Below are positions 13,683 through 22,910 of a stretch of DNA of 25,398 nt, one piece after another. The stretch is from a virus (Duplodnaviria; Caudoviricetes): positions 1 to 25,398 of IMG/VR virus record IMGVR_UViG_3300031726_000039; one strand, written 5' to 3'. Numbering within the stretch: the stretch's first letter is position 1; each line of letters starts with the position of its first letter. A program made the translations under genes and the position numbers. The notes beneath the pieces are model-generated. The model was not told the DNA's origin. It searched no databases and worked only from the letters and a program-made list of their open reading frames with translations.

Positions 13683-16613
13683 ATGAATATAGGAGATTTA
13701 ACGGCTAGTTTGGGATGTGATGTAAGTGGACTTTCGGCGGCTACCTCAGCAATGAAAAACTTTGAACGATCTTCCCAACGTTCCATGCAAACGGTGCAGG
13801 AAAGTTTAAATAATGCCGGCACTAAAATGCAGTCATTCGGACAAAGTGCATCAATGTATCTAACCGCTCCTATTGTTCTGGCTGGTGCAGCCGTAATGGC
13901 AGCGGCAGGAAAATTTGAAATAGCCATGCAACATATTGTAGGTTTGGTGGGGGTTTCTCAGGCTCAGGTGAATAAATGGTCACAGGAAATTTTATCATTA
14001 TCCGGAAAGATTGGGAGACCTCCAACTGAACTTGCCGAGGCTTTATATTTTGTAACATCATCAGGGATACAAGGTGCGGCGGCTTTAGATGTGGTCACAC
14101 AATCGGCAAAAGGAGCCTCAGCGGGGTTAGGAGAAACTATGCAAATAGCGGATTTAGTTACTTCGGCTATGAATGCCTATAGAAATTCAGGATTAACGGC
14201 GGCAACGGCTTTAGATGTTCTCACGGCAGCAGTTAGAGAAGGTAAAGGTGAAGCTTCACAATATGCCTCACAGATGGGTGAAGTTATTCCAGTAGCTGCA
14301 AAAATGGGGGTAAGTTTCGATCAAGTAGCGGCGGCTATGTCCGCAATGACTTTAACGGGAACGAACGTTTCGGAATCGGCTACGTACATGCGGCAAATTT
14401 TAATGTCTCTATTGGATCCGACAAAACAATCCGCGGAGGCTTTAGTGTATATGGGCACTTCGGCTGGTGAATTACGTAAGATGATAAGAGAACAAGGTCT
14501 ATTGGCAGCACTCACAAAATTAAATGATTTAACTAACAGATATGGTGAGGATGCAATGGCTAAAGTATTTCCAAATGTCCGTGCATTAACAGGCGTTTTA
14601 TCATTGATGGGGGACAGACTGGAAGAAAATCGAGGAATATTTGACCGTGTAAATAAATCATCAGGTGATATGAATAAGGCTTTTCAAAGTGTGACGGAAA
14701 CAATAGATTTTAAATATAATCAAGCCACCGCGAAAATGAAAGCTTCGTTTATTCAAATTGGAATGTCTTTGAAAACTACCGTTATTCCATTGATAGAAGG
14801 CTTAGGGGATGCCATACAGAGCCTTGCATTATGGTATACTAACTTATCTGCTTCCACACGTCAAATAATAACATACACGGCAGGATTTCTAGCCGTTTTA
14901 GGACCCGTATCACTTGCAATAGGTGTAACAATGAAAATGATGAGTGGGTTGATCGGGGCAGCAAGCGGAGTTTTAACGATCTTCAAAGGACTTAGTGCAA
15001 TCATCGCCGCTAACCCTTATCTTCTTATAGCGGCTGGTATTATAGCCGCTACCGTTGCCTTAGTAAACTACAATAGTAAATCGGATGAGTTTAAAAAAAT
15101 ACAAACGGAAGTTAATGCACAATTAGGTGATGAACTTTTTAAACTGAATGATGTTTTTGAACGTCTGAAACAAACAAACGTAGGTACTTCGGAACGTTCG
15201 GAATTAATAAAAATAATTAATACAAGATATGGAGAGTATTTAAGCAATTTACTCACTGAAAAATCTACATTGCTGGAAATAGAACAGGCACAAAGGCAGG
15301 CTACAAATGCCCTCGTAGCCAGTATTAGTCTGAAAACTTACAGAGCAAAACTGGAGCAGGAAATGACAAGTATTTCCAAATCCTTTGAAAGCACGTTCAA
15401 AGATTTTACACAAGGATTTAGTACTACTTTCGGTGGTGATAGGATCGGGGAATTTATTACAGGCATTTTTCAAGGTGCAGATGAGGCAATAAAGAATGGA
15501 AATCCCCTGCAAGTATCACAGGAGTTATATGATAAATTTGTTGAAAAAATGTCCAAATCTACCGGGTATTTAAAATATTCGATCGAGGATTTTAGGGCAG
15601 CATTCACGGACTTTGTGAAAGTAAAAGGAGAAAAGAATGAGGTGGTAAGTCAAATTAATGCTATGATTAATGCATATGAAAAACTTACTTCAACGAAAAA
15701 ACAAGAAGAAACAACAGGAGCAAAAGCAGGAGGAGGAAAGGATACTGTATTTGGTGAAAAAATAAAATATTCTAAATTAGTGCTGGAACAATACAAGGCA
15801 CATTTGGATAAAATGAATGAAGACCTAAAACAGAATAGCCCTATTGAAACATTGCAGGCACAGGTAGACGGTTTGAATTATAAAAAACTTTTGATGTATT
15901 CCAGTGATGTAGGAACACCGCTTCAAAAATTGCAAACACAGTTGGCAGACGTAGCCTTAAAAAATGCTACGTTCGGGGATTCACTTGACCCATTAGGTAT
16001 AAAAATGCAAACCTTCGGTGATCAAATCAGCTTTGTAAAAAGTCAAATGGAATTGCTTTGGTCTAGTGGATATCGTCCCGGAACCCCGCTAATGGATATG
16101 TACATTAAGAAATTAGGAGAACTTACGGAAGCACAAAGGAAAGCTAATCTGACGGCTAAAATAGGAGCGGAAGTGCAAAGTCTTTATGATGCATCGATAG
16201 ATGGAAGTATTAAAACGGTTGGTGATTTTGCCAATGCATTACGTCACGCAATTATTAAAATTATTGCGATGTACGTGGCAGAGGCAATTGCGGTACAGGT
16301 TGCTAATGCAATGAAATCGGCTAAAAATCCATGGCTTGGTCTTATTCTTGGTGCGGCTGCAGGGGCAGCAACTTCGGCACTGTTTGAATCCATCATACCT
16401 AAGTTTGCAAATGGAGGGACTGTACCAAATGGGTATCCTAATGATTCCTACCCCGCTTTATTGTCATCTGGTGAAAAAGTTATACCGCCAAATAAACTTG
16501 GTGAATTAGATACAAATAAAAATGCAATGCAAGGTGAGGTTGTATTTAGAATATCAGGGAATGAATTAATTGGAGTATTAGAAAAACAAACAAGGAAAAA
16601 TAAAGTAATGTAA
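13683..16613 (+). CDS. Tail tape measure protein (TP901-like core)
   Basis: 976 aa, Ala/Gly-rich and helical. Has ELAEALYFVTSSG...VIPVAAKMGVSFDQVAAAM, hydrophobic segments, and the C-terminal IPKFANGG...GEKVIP...GEVVFRISGNEL. Follows the G/GT genes. Confidence 0.93.
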   Translation: MNIGDLTASLGCDVSGLSAATSAMKNFERSSQRSMQTVQESLNNAGTKMQSFGQSASMYLTAPIVLAGAAVMAAAGKFEIAMQHIVGLVGVSQAQVNKWSQEILSLSGKIGRPPTELAEALYFVTSSGIQGAAALDVVTQSAKGASAGLGETMQIADLVTSAMNAYRNSGLTAATALDVLTAAVREGKGEASQYASQMGEVIPVAAKMGVSFDQVAAAMSAMTLTGTNVSESATYMRQILMSLLDPTKQSAEALVYMGTSAGELRKMIREQGLLAALTKLNDLTNRYGEDAMAKVFPNVRALTGVLSLMGDRLEENRGIFDRVNKSSGDMNKAFQSVTETIDFKYNQATAKMKASFIQIGMSLKTTVIPLIEGLGDAIQSLALWYTNLSASTRQIITYTAGFLAVLGPVSLAIGVTMKMMSGLIGAASGVLTIFKGLSAIIAANPYLLIAAGIIAATVALVNYNSKSDEFKKIQTEVNAQLGDELFKLNDVFERLKQTNVGTSERSELIKIINTRYGEYLSNLLTEKSTLLEIEQAQRQATNALVASISLKTYRAKLEQEMTSISKSFESTFKDFTQGFSTTFGGDRIGEFITGIFQGADEAIKNGNPLQVSQELYDKFVEKMSKSTGYLKYSIEDFRAAFTDFVKVKGEKNEVVSQINAMINAYEKLTSTKKQEETTGAKAGGGKDTVFGEKIKYSKLVLEQYKAHLDKMNEDLKQNSPIETLQAQVDGLNYKKLLMYSSDVGTPLQKLQTQLADVALKNATFGDSLDPLGIKMQTFGDQISFVKSQMELLWSSGYRPGTPLMDMYIKKLGELTEAQRKANLTAKIGAEVQSLYDASIDGSIKTVGDFANALRHAIIKIIAMYVAEAIAVQVANAMKSAKNPWLGLILGAAAGAATSALFESIIPKFANGGTVPNGYPNDSYPALLSSGEKVIPPNKLGELDTNKNAMQGEVVFRISGNELIGVLEKQTRKNKVM

Positions 16614-16634
16614 TTTTAATAATCTTGAAAAATT

Positions 16635-19538
16635 ATGAGTTTTCCAACACATAGAGTTAAATATCGGGGATATGTAGGTAATACAACAATTGGTATGTGT
16701 ACGGTTGACATACTTAAAAAAGATTATGTAGGCAGTATTAGTTCCTTAACTATTGCAGGAAGTGGGGTTGCTTTAATTGTTGATTCCTCAAAATATTTTG
16801 AGCCTATTAAAAGTACATCGGTAGATATAAATATCATCAATGATAAGGAGGATTTTTATGAATTTGATGATTTATTTTCCATAGGTGATCTTGAATTTAT
16901 GGTTAGAATATATACGGAACATATTATATTATTTTCTGGTTATATTCCCTGCATAACGATTGAACAATCATGGTTGCAAAAAGGTATAATTAATCTTAGT
17001 GCTACCGTAAATTTAAATCGGCTGGATGAATACAAACCTTCTATTTTTGTAACAAAAGGAATGTATACATTGATGGAAATTATTCAGGATTGTTTGAGTT
17101 TTACCAGTCTTGACCTTCCTATTTATGTTAATTGCACACTGAGGGAGACCACAAAAACAGCAGGCACAAATACTTGTTTTGATCAAACGTGGGCGGATTG
17201 TGATTTGTTTTATAAAAATAATATTGAATTAGATGATTGTTTAACAATACTTAATAAAATACTTACAGCATTTACATGCATGATTTATTATTATAATGAT
17301 GCATGGTATATTGAGAGGGGTAAAGATTTGGGAACGGATACAAAATATTATATTCGATATGAATCCTCTAGTTCCACAGCCTCTACCGTGTCGGATACAA
17401 ACACACACATAGCAATGGGTTCAAGTTTTCTTCCAATTAAAATATCTCAAAGAATTGGGTACAATCCAGGGTTGAAACGTATTGAGGTTACATTAAATGA
17501 AAAGTCCTTATTTAATCTTACTAATTACTATTGGGAAGGGATTGAAACAGGCGAAAGCGTTAATTATATGGAGTATACTTCTCCTGATTTGAAGGCATGG
17601 GAAATTAATTCAGATTTAACATACACCATATTAAATAATTTTGCATGGAACAGAAAACAAAATAATTTAAATGTTATTAATAAGGCTATTTCAACAAGCA
17701 ATCCTCTTTTGATTACAGGAGAGACCCCCGTAGGCGGTATTGAGGTAATTGATCCTAGTTTCCCAGGTCGCACACTTGCACAAAAATATCAGGCATTACG
17801 CAATTCTGCGGAAGGTGTGCAGACAAAAATAAAGGTAAGTTATAATAGTACCAATAAATGCAAACTGACAATATCCTTAAAATTTGTTTTACCTCAATCT
17901 CTTTTAGATTATGTTACGGATCCCACATTCTTTTTTAGTCCGCAATTTTATCCTCATCATAGATTTTTTGTACGTTTTTACTTATACTGGAAAGATCCAA
18001 ATGATGTAGACCCAGATAATCGTTGGTGGATAAAATATAATTCCACAACTGATAAATACCAAATAGTAAACCGGGTAGATATGATTGCATCCGCATTGAC
18101 TCCTTCAATTGTTATTGATCCAGTAATTATAAAAAGCCTAGGAATCTCAATGGCTCAATTCACAAATGAAAAAGCTTTTTATAATGAATTTTCGATGGAT
18201 GTGGAATTAGATGACACCATTAAAGAAGTAACGGGAGATAATCCAGTATTTATTTTAGGTTTATGTCAATTAGGTTTCCATAGTTCTATTTGGACAGGCA
18301 GTGAAGATGAAACCAATTGCAATTTTTATATAAAAGATAATATTTATGGAGACTTTGCTGTTACCGTAGATAATGAATCTGACAATAATTTAATAACTGC
18401 GGAAATTAATAATAATTTTGTCAACATTGAACAGGACACATTGGACTTATATGACTCAATAAATTATAATATACTAAATGGTTTACTAATTGATGGTGAA
18501 GGAAATCATTCCACACTTTGGTACGACTTGTATAGTTCATTTGATAAATCATTGGTTAAACATTTTATTGAAGATCGGTTTCAACTGTTTAATAAAGTTA
18601 GAAGGACAATTAGCGGGGATTTTCGAACCTTAGGAATTTTAAATGATACAGTATATTCCCGCACCGAAGTTTTTGAACCCCTACATCTTCCAAATCATGA
18701 TTGGCAAGATATTACAGGTACTTTAAACGGAAATATTTATGCTATAGGCGGAAGTGACATATATAGGCAAACAGGAGGATTAGGTGATTTTATTGCACTT
18801 GCAGGAGCAGGAACACATACTTGGATAAATATAACTTCGGATGGAAATGATGTATATGTGACTGAATTTTTCGGGGACATATATAAACAAACCGCAGGTG
18901 CTGGTAATTTTATTGCGTTAGGACAAGCAACACGAGCTTGGTGGGGAATTGCTGCAAAAGCAGGAACAGTTTATGCTACAGTAACAGGCGGAGATATTTA
19001 TAAAAGCACAGGAGGCGGATCATTTACTGCATTAGGACAGGCAAGTTTAACATGGCATGGTATAGCTATTCATCCAAGCGGGGATGTATATGCGGTAGTC
19101 AGTAACGGGGACATATATAAACAAACCGCGGGGGCTGGTGATTTTATTGCATTAGGATTAACTAATCGGGTATATAAAGATATTGTTATAGATGCATATG
19201 GTAATATTTTTGTAAGTGCGGATTTAGATGATATATACGTACAATGGGCAGGAACTACAACATTTGTAGGTTTAGGATTAGCTGCAAGGCATTGGTTGGG
19301 TTTGGGAGTCGATCACAATAATAATATTTATTTGGCTGTTTCCACAGCCTCAGACATCCTTAAACGCACGTGCGTTATATTAAGTATATATCAACATTTA
19401 AAACCATTTACAATGATAGATACCACGGTCGTCAGCAATAAAACATTTTATGTTAATGGGTATCAGTACAACATTGAGGAAAATACATACGAAAATATGA
19501 GTTTATTGGAGTATGTCAGTGATGACGGAATAAGCTAA
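16635..19538 (+). CDS. Large tail tip/hub protein with inserted six-repeat beta-propeller
   Basis: 967 aa, directly after the TMP. Beta-rich N-terminus (PIKSTSVDINI, FSGYI, WYIER) and six ~40-aa repeats near the C-terminus. Confidence 0.72.
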   Translation: MSFPTHRVKYRGYVGNTTIGMCTVDILKKDYVGSISSLTIAGSGVALIVDSSKYFEPIKSTSVDINIINDKEDFYEFDDLFSIGDLEFMVRIYTEHIILFSGYIPCITIEQSWLQKGIINLSATVNLNRLDEYKPSIFVTKGMYTLMEIIQDCLSFTSLDLPIYVNCTLRETTKTAGTNTCFDQTWADCDLFYKNNIELDDCLTILNKILTAFTCMIYYYNDAWYIERGKDLGTDTKYYIRYESSSSTASTVSDTNTHIAMGSSFLPIKISQRIGYNPGLKRIEVTLNEKSLFNLTNYYWEGIETGESVNYMEYTSPDLKAWEINSDLTYTILNNFAWNRKQNNLNVINKAISTSNPLLITGETPVGGIEVIDPSFPGRTLAQKYQALRNSAEGVQTKIKVSYNSTNKCKLTISLKFVLPQSLLDYVTDPTFFFSPQFYPHHRFFVRFYLYWKDPNDVDPDNRWWIKYNSTTDKYQIVNRVDMIASALTPSIVIDPVIIKSLGISMAQFTNEKAFYNEFSMDVELDDTIKEVTGDNPVFILGLCQLGFHSSIWTGSEDETNCNFYIKDNIYGDFAVTVDNESDNNLITAEINNNFVNIEQDTLDLYDSINYNILNGLLIDGEGNHSTLWYDLYSSFDKSLVKHFIEDRFQLFNKVRRTISGDFRTLGILNDTVYSRTEVFEPLHLPNHDWQDITGTLNGNIYAIGGSDIYRQTGGLGDFIALAGAGTHTWINITSDGNDVYVTEFFGDIYKQTAGAGNFIALGQATRAWWGIAAKAGTVYATVTGGDIYKSTGGGSFTALGQASLTWHGIAIHPSGDVYAVVSNGDIYKQTAGAGDFIALGLTNRVYKDIVIDAYGNIFVSADLDDIYVQWAGTTTFVGLGLAARHWLGLGVDHNNNIYLAVSTASDILKRTCVILSIYQHLKPFTMIDTTVVSNKTFYVNGYQYNIEENTYENMSLLEYVSDDGIS
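18666..19370 (+). repeat. Six ~39-41 aa tandem repeats (W..I....G.(V/I)Y....GDIYKQT.G.G.F.ALG)
   Basis: Visible in the protein. At DNA level, CGGGGACATATATAAACAAACCGC occurs identically at 18872-18895 and 19106-19129 (234 nt apart). Confidence 0.85.
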
Positions 19539-19550
19539 ATTTAAAATACT

Positions 19551-21482
19551 ATGGCAGGAGAAATTACATACGGTCAATACAGAATAGAAAGTTTAAAGGA
19601 TCAATCGTACAGGCAAATGTACGCAAGTGGTTCCAATAGTTCAGGTAGTAGTACGGGAGTGAATGATGCCAGTAATTTTGTAAGGTATAACGCGGATGAA
19701 GCCTTAGAAACACAAACGGTTTACAGGGATTTATATCTTGCGGGGACTACACCGGTATTGAAAGTAACAGGCGGGGAAATTCGTATGGATGATACCTACA
19801 TGCAATGGAACGTAAACGGTGTAGGCTCTATTGTGATGGCTCAATGGGAGGATTATTTTTTAGATATTACGAATTGGGCAACAGATACAACATTACGGGA
19901 AAGCACCGTATTGAGAGTTAGTGGACAACATTTAAATGGAATGGAGGCTACAGTTGCCTTAGTTGTTAATAACGACGGATTGGAATTTGTAGATATTACA
20001 AATAATAATTTTTCTGATGATAAATTTTATCGCTGGAGAATGCAATATGGAACATCAACAGGTCATGCCAAATCTTGGATAATTGATTATAAAAATTATA
20101 CCTCTAATGTAGTAACGGAGGCAATGCGGATTGATGGAGAAAACGGAACAGCTGGAAGTTACGGAATGGGTAATGTTCGTTTCGCTCATGATATTGGTAA
20201 CCTTGGAACGTTTGTTTCAGGATTTGCGGGGAGTGGATGGAGAATGGACACCGCAACGGAAACATTAACGGTTGATAATTTAGTGGTAAGAAAGGGAATG
20301 TCCGTATATGAATTAACAATTAATCAAATCCGTTGTACTAATGGAAGCCTGTGGGTATCGGATGCTGCAAAAATTGACTGGATAGATGATTCCTATGCAG
20401 GAACAAATGGAATGTATTACCCTTGTCATATTGATACGGATGACGGAAATATAATTCAACCTTTTGCTGTAGGGGATATTGTACGTTGTCAAAAATGGAC
20501 AGGCCGTGGTATAAAGTATTATTCAGGACAAGTTATGTCTATAGGAAGTGGAGGGGATTGGTTTACAATATGGCTTTTGGATGAAAACAATACAGGATTA
20601 CCAGAAGCAGGGGATGACCTTATACGTATTGGTAATACCACTGATACCTCCCGTCAAGGAGCTTTATATTTAACTTCACATGATGCCGATTCCCCGTATA
20701 TGGATATAATAGATGGGGTGACAGATGAAAGTTTTTTAGGTCATACGAAAGTAAGATTAGGAAAATTAACAGGCATTACTGATACCTCATTTGGAGCATT
20801 ATCAGGATATGGACTTTATGCCACTAATGCTTATTTGACTGGTAGTATATTTACACCATATGCTGGAATAACAAGTACAGGTACTGATTCAACGGATGTA
20901 AGAATATATGCAGGAAATAATTATACAAATAGAGGTACTGCTCCCTTTCGTGTAACTCAAGCTGGTAACGGATTTTTAGGGGGGTTCACTTTAGACGTTA
21001 GTGAAGGATTATATTCAGGAACAGGAGCAACCCGAGTTCAAATGAAAGCAGGGGTTGGAATATGGTGTGGGGCAACCGCTTTCGGTGATGCTACCTTCAG
21101 GGTTGCTGCGGATGGATCAGTAAATTTGTCTTCTGCTGTTAGTGGAAAACGCGTTAGTATAAGTGTTGTAAACAACAATATGATTTTATATTCAGCGGCA
21201 ACTGGGGATTATATTAAATTAGATACTCAAATTGGAGCGTATGAACAACCTGGAATTATTTTAACAAGTGCAGGCACTGATGGTTATTATAGCCAATTTA
21301 CAACAAATGAAATGTATTTAGCAAACAATGATACGGATCATTTAATTCAATTTTATGTCACCAACATCCCTACTACAAAAGCTTTTATGAAAGGTTTAGC
21401 CCATTTTACAGGTGGGAATGCTTATGTTAAAACCTTATGTGTAGATACTCAAACAGGTGAAATTTTTTATAATTTTTCATAA
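19551..21482 (+). CDS. Tail protein / tail fibre-spike
   Basis: 643 aa, Gly/Thr-rich. FVSGFAGSGW...LTVDNLVVRK..VYEL.I, F..GDIVRCQ, RIGN..D..RQ...SPYMDI.DG and the (A/T)PFRV-type repeats resemble Bacteroidota-phage tail proteins. Confidence 0.72.
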   Translation: MAGEITYGQYRIESLKDQSYRQMYASGSNSSGSSTGVNDASNFVRYNADEALETQTVYRDLYLAGTTPVLKVTGGEIRMDDTYMQWNVNGVGSIVMAQWEDYFLDITNWATDTTLRESTVLRVSGQHLNGMEATVALVVNNDGLEFVDITNNNFSDDKFYRWRMQYGTSTGHAKSWIIDYKNYTSNVVTEAMRIDGENGTAGSYGMGNVRFAHDIGNLGTFVSGFAGSGWRMDTATETLTVDNLVVRKGMSVYELTINQIRCTNGSLWVSDAAKIDWIDDSYAGTNGMYYPCHIDTDDGNIIQPFAVGDIVRCQKWTGRGIKYYSGQVMSIGSGGDWFTIWLLDENNTGLPEAGDDLIRIGNTTDTSRQGALYLTSHDADSPYMDIIDGVTDESFLGHTKVRLGKLTGITDTSFGALSGYGLYATNAYLTGSIFTPYAGITSTGTDSTDVRIYAGNNYTNRGTAPFRVTQAGNGFLGGFTLDVSEGLYSGTGATRVQMKAGVGIWCGATAFGDATFRVAADGSVNLSSAVSGKRVSISVVNNNMILYSAATGDYIKLDTQIGAYEQPGIILTSAGTDGYYSQFTTNEMYLANNDTDHLIQFYVTNIPTTKAFMKGLAHFTGGNAYVKTLCVDTQTGEIFYNFS

Positions 21483-21549
21483 TTTAAAAATATTTTTAAA
21501 AAAAGTTTAAAAACTTTATTATCTTTACTGAAATTTAAAAGTAGAAATT

Positions 21550-21831
21550 ATGAAAAAAATTATTTTAATTATCGGATTAATAACTTTATTGTTTTCTTGT
21601 CAAAAAGAAAAAATAAGTATTGAAAACATAAACATATTTTCCAATGAATATGTTTATACTAAAGGAACGATCTATATTAAGGGGGTTTATGAAGGATATT
21701 ACATAATAAACATCAACAATATTCCATTTAAAGTAGGTAATTTATATTACGTTTCCAACAAAGCCTTGTTAATAAATGATACATTACATTGTATTTCTAA
21801 TCAGGAACATATTTATATAACTAAAAATTAA
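21550..21831 (+). CDS. Small lipoprotein (possible superinfection-exclusion/moron gene)
   Basis: Signal peptide II MKKIILIIGLITLLFS-C followed by QKEK. Visibly AT-rich and preceded by an AT-rich intergenic gap. Confidence 0.65.
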   Translation: MKKIILIIGLITLLFSCQKEKISIENINIFSNEYVYTKGTIYIKGVYEGYYIININNIPFKVGNLYYVSNKALLINDTLHCISNQEHIYITKN

Positions 21832-21836
21832 TCAAA

Positions 21837-22178
21837 ATGAAAATTAAAATCAATCAAACATTGAAATCAATCAACGGTAAAGACGATATGCTGGAAAAAG
21901 GTACGGCATTAACATTAAAGGATATTGTGGTGGCTTCTCTCCTGCGTCCTGTGGACGATGAATACCAACAAACCCCTCAGGGGGCAATGATTTCTAAAAA
22001 AGGAGATACGCTAAACCAAAAGCTTGAAAAATGGGATATTTTCAAGAAGGTACGTGACGCGGAGAACGAAGTGGAATTGTTAGCAAGTGAAATTACTATC
22101 ATTACTGATATTATAGGTAACATTTACCCACAGATTATTGTTGGTCAGTGTTTTGAAATGTTAGAAAACCATAAATAA
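21837..22178 (+). CDS. Hypothetical phage protein (possible tail fibre chaperone)
   Basis: 113 aa helical ORF between the tail and lysis genes. Confidence 0.55.
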   Translation: MKIKINQTLKSINGKDDMLEKGTALTLKDIVVASLLRPVDDEYQQTPQGAMISKKGDTLNQKLEKWDIFKKVRDAENEVELLASEITIITDIIGNIYPQIIVGQCFEMLENHK

Positions 22179-22185
22179 AACAACC

Positions 22186-22704
22186 ATGACAAAGGAACAA
22201 TTACAATCAATAATTGGAACGGGTCAGGGAGATGCTAAATTGATTACTCTCGTTGATGCTATTAATAAGGTTTGTACGAAGTATGAGATTAATACAAAGC
22301 TTCGTTTATGTCATTTTCTTACCCAATTAATTCATGAATCTGGGACTTTCAAATATAATACGGAGATTGCTAGTGGAGCAGCTTATGAAGGTCGTAGGGA
22401 CTTAGGAAACATTATGCCGGGGGATGGGATTAAATTCAAAGGACGGGGATATATTCAAATAACCGGACGTACCAACTATAAAGCTTTATCCATAGCATTG
22501 GGAGTTGATTTCATTGTTAATCCACTATTGCTTGCCGACAACCCTTGGAATATGCTTTCAGCAGGATGGTACTGGAATGATAGAAAACTTAACTTCTGGG
22601 CTGATAAGGATAATATAAACAGTGTTACCCGTAAGATTAACGGAGGTTTAAATGGCCTTAAATATCGTCAGTTTTGGTTAAATAAATGTAAGGAGGTACT
22701 ATAA
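22186..22704 (+). CDS. Endolysin, glycoside hydrolase family 19
   Basis: Motifs HFLTQLIHESG, YEGRRDLGN, GDG.KFKGRGYIQITGR.NY, SAGWYW and TRKINGG.NGL..R. Confidence 0.93.
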   Translation: MTKEQLQSIIGTGQGDAKLITLVDAINKVCTKYEINTKLRLCHFLTQLIHESGTFKYNTEIASGAAYEGRRDLGNIMPGDGIKFKGRGYIQITGRTNYKALSIALGVDFIVNPLLLADNPWNMLSAGWYWNDRKLNFWADKDNINSVTRKINGGLNGLKYRQFWLNKCKEVL

Positions 22705-22910
22705 TGGGTGTAAGAATTGATAATCTGGTAAAGCCAGATAATAAAAATTGGGCAAAAGTATCTAATTATTTTCTATATACACTGCCTTTATCACTAATGG
22801 CTCTGCCTATTTCAGATGATTTAAAATTATGGTTAAATTTTGGTTTAACTATGGGGATTATATCACTAAAAGGTTTCAGTAAATTTACCAGTGAACCGGA
22901 GGACATGTAA
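22704..22910 (+). CDS. Putative holin
   Basis: 68 aa with two hydrophobic segments. Coupled to the endolysin by TAATG, with SD AAGGAGGT upstream. Confidence 0.65.
   Translation: MGVRIDNLVKPDNKNWAKVSNYFLYTLPLSLMALPISDDLKLWLNFGLTMGIISLKGFSKFTSEPEDM

Noticed and set aside
18872-19129. 24-nt direct repeat as a CRISPR repeat or DGR template/variable repeat
   Set aside because: Only two copies, in frame within protein repeats. No cas or reverse transcriptase gene is in the window, and the flanking mismatches are not adenine-specific.
99-20319. Short antisense or alternate-frame ORFs in the track (e.g. 99..284, 839..1129, 2126..2374, 2840..3166, 8516..8899, 13667..13927, 20104..20319)
   Set aside because: They lie wholly or almost wholly within well-supported genes, with no motifs or initiation signals. 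They are shadow ORFs.
21483-21517. Palindromes TTTAAAAATATTTTTAAA and AAAGTTT-AA-AAACTTT as operators
   Set aside because: Almost pure A/T low-complexity sequence that can arise by chance, and no second copy was noticed.
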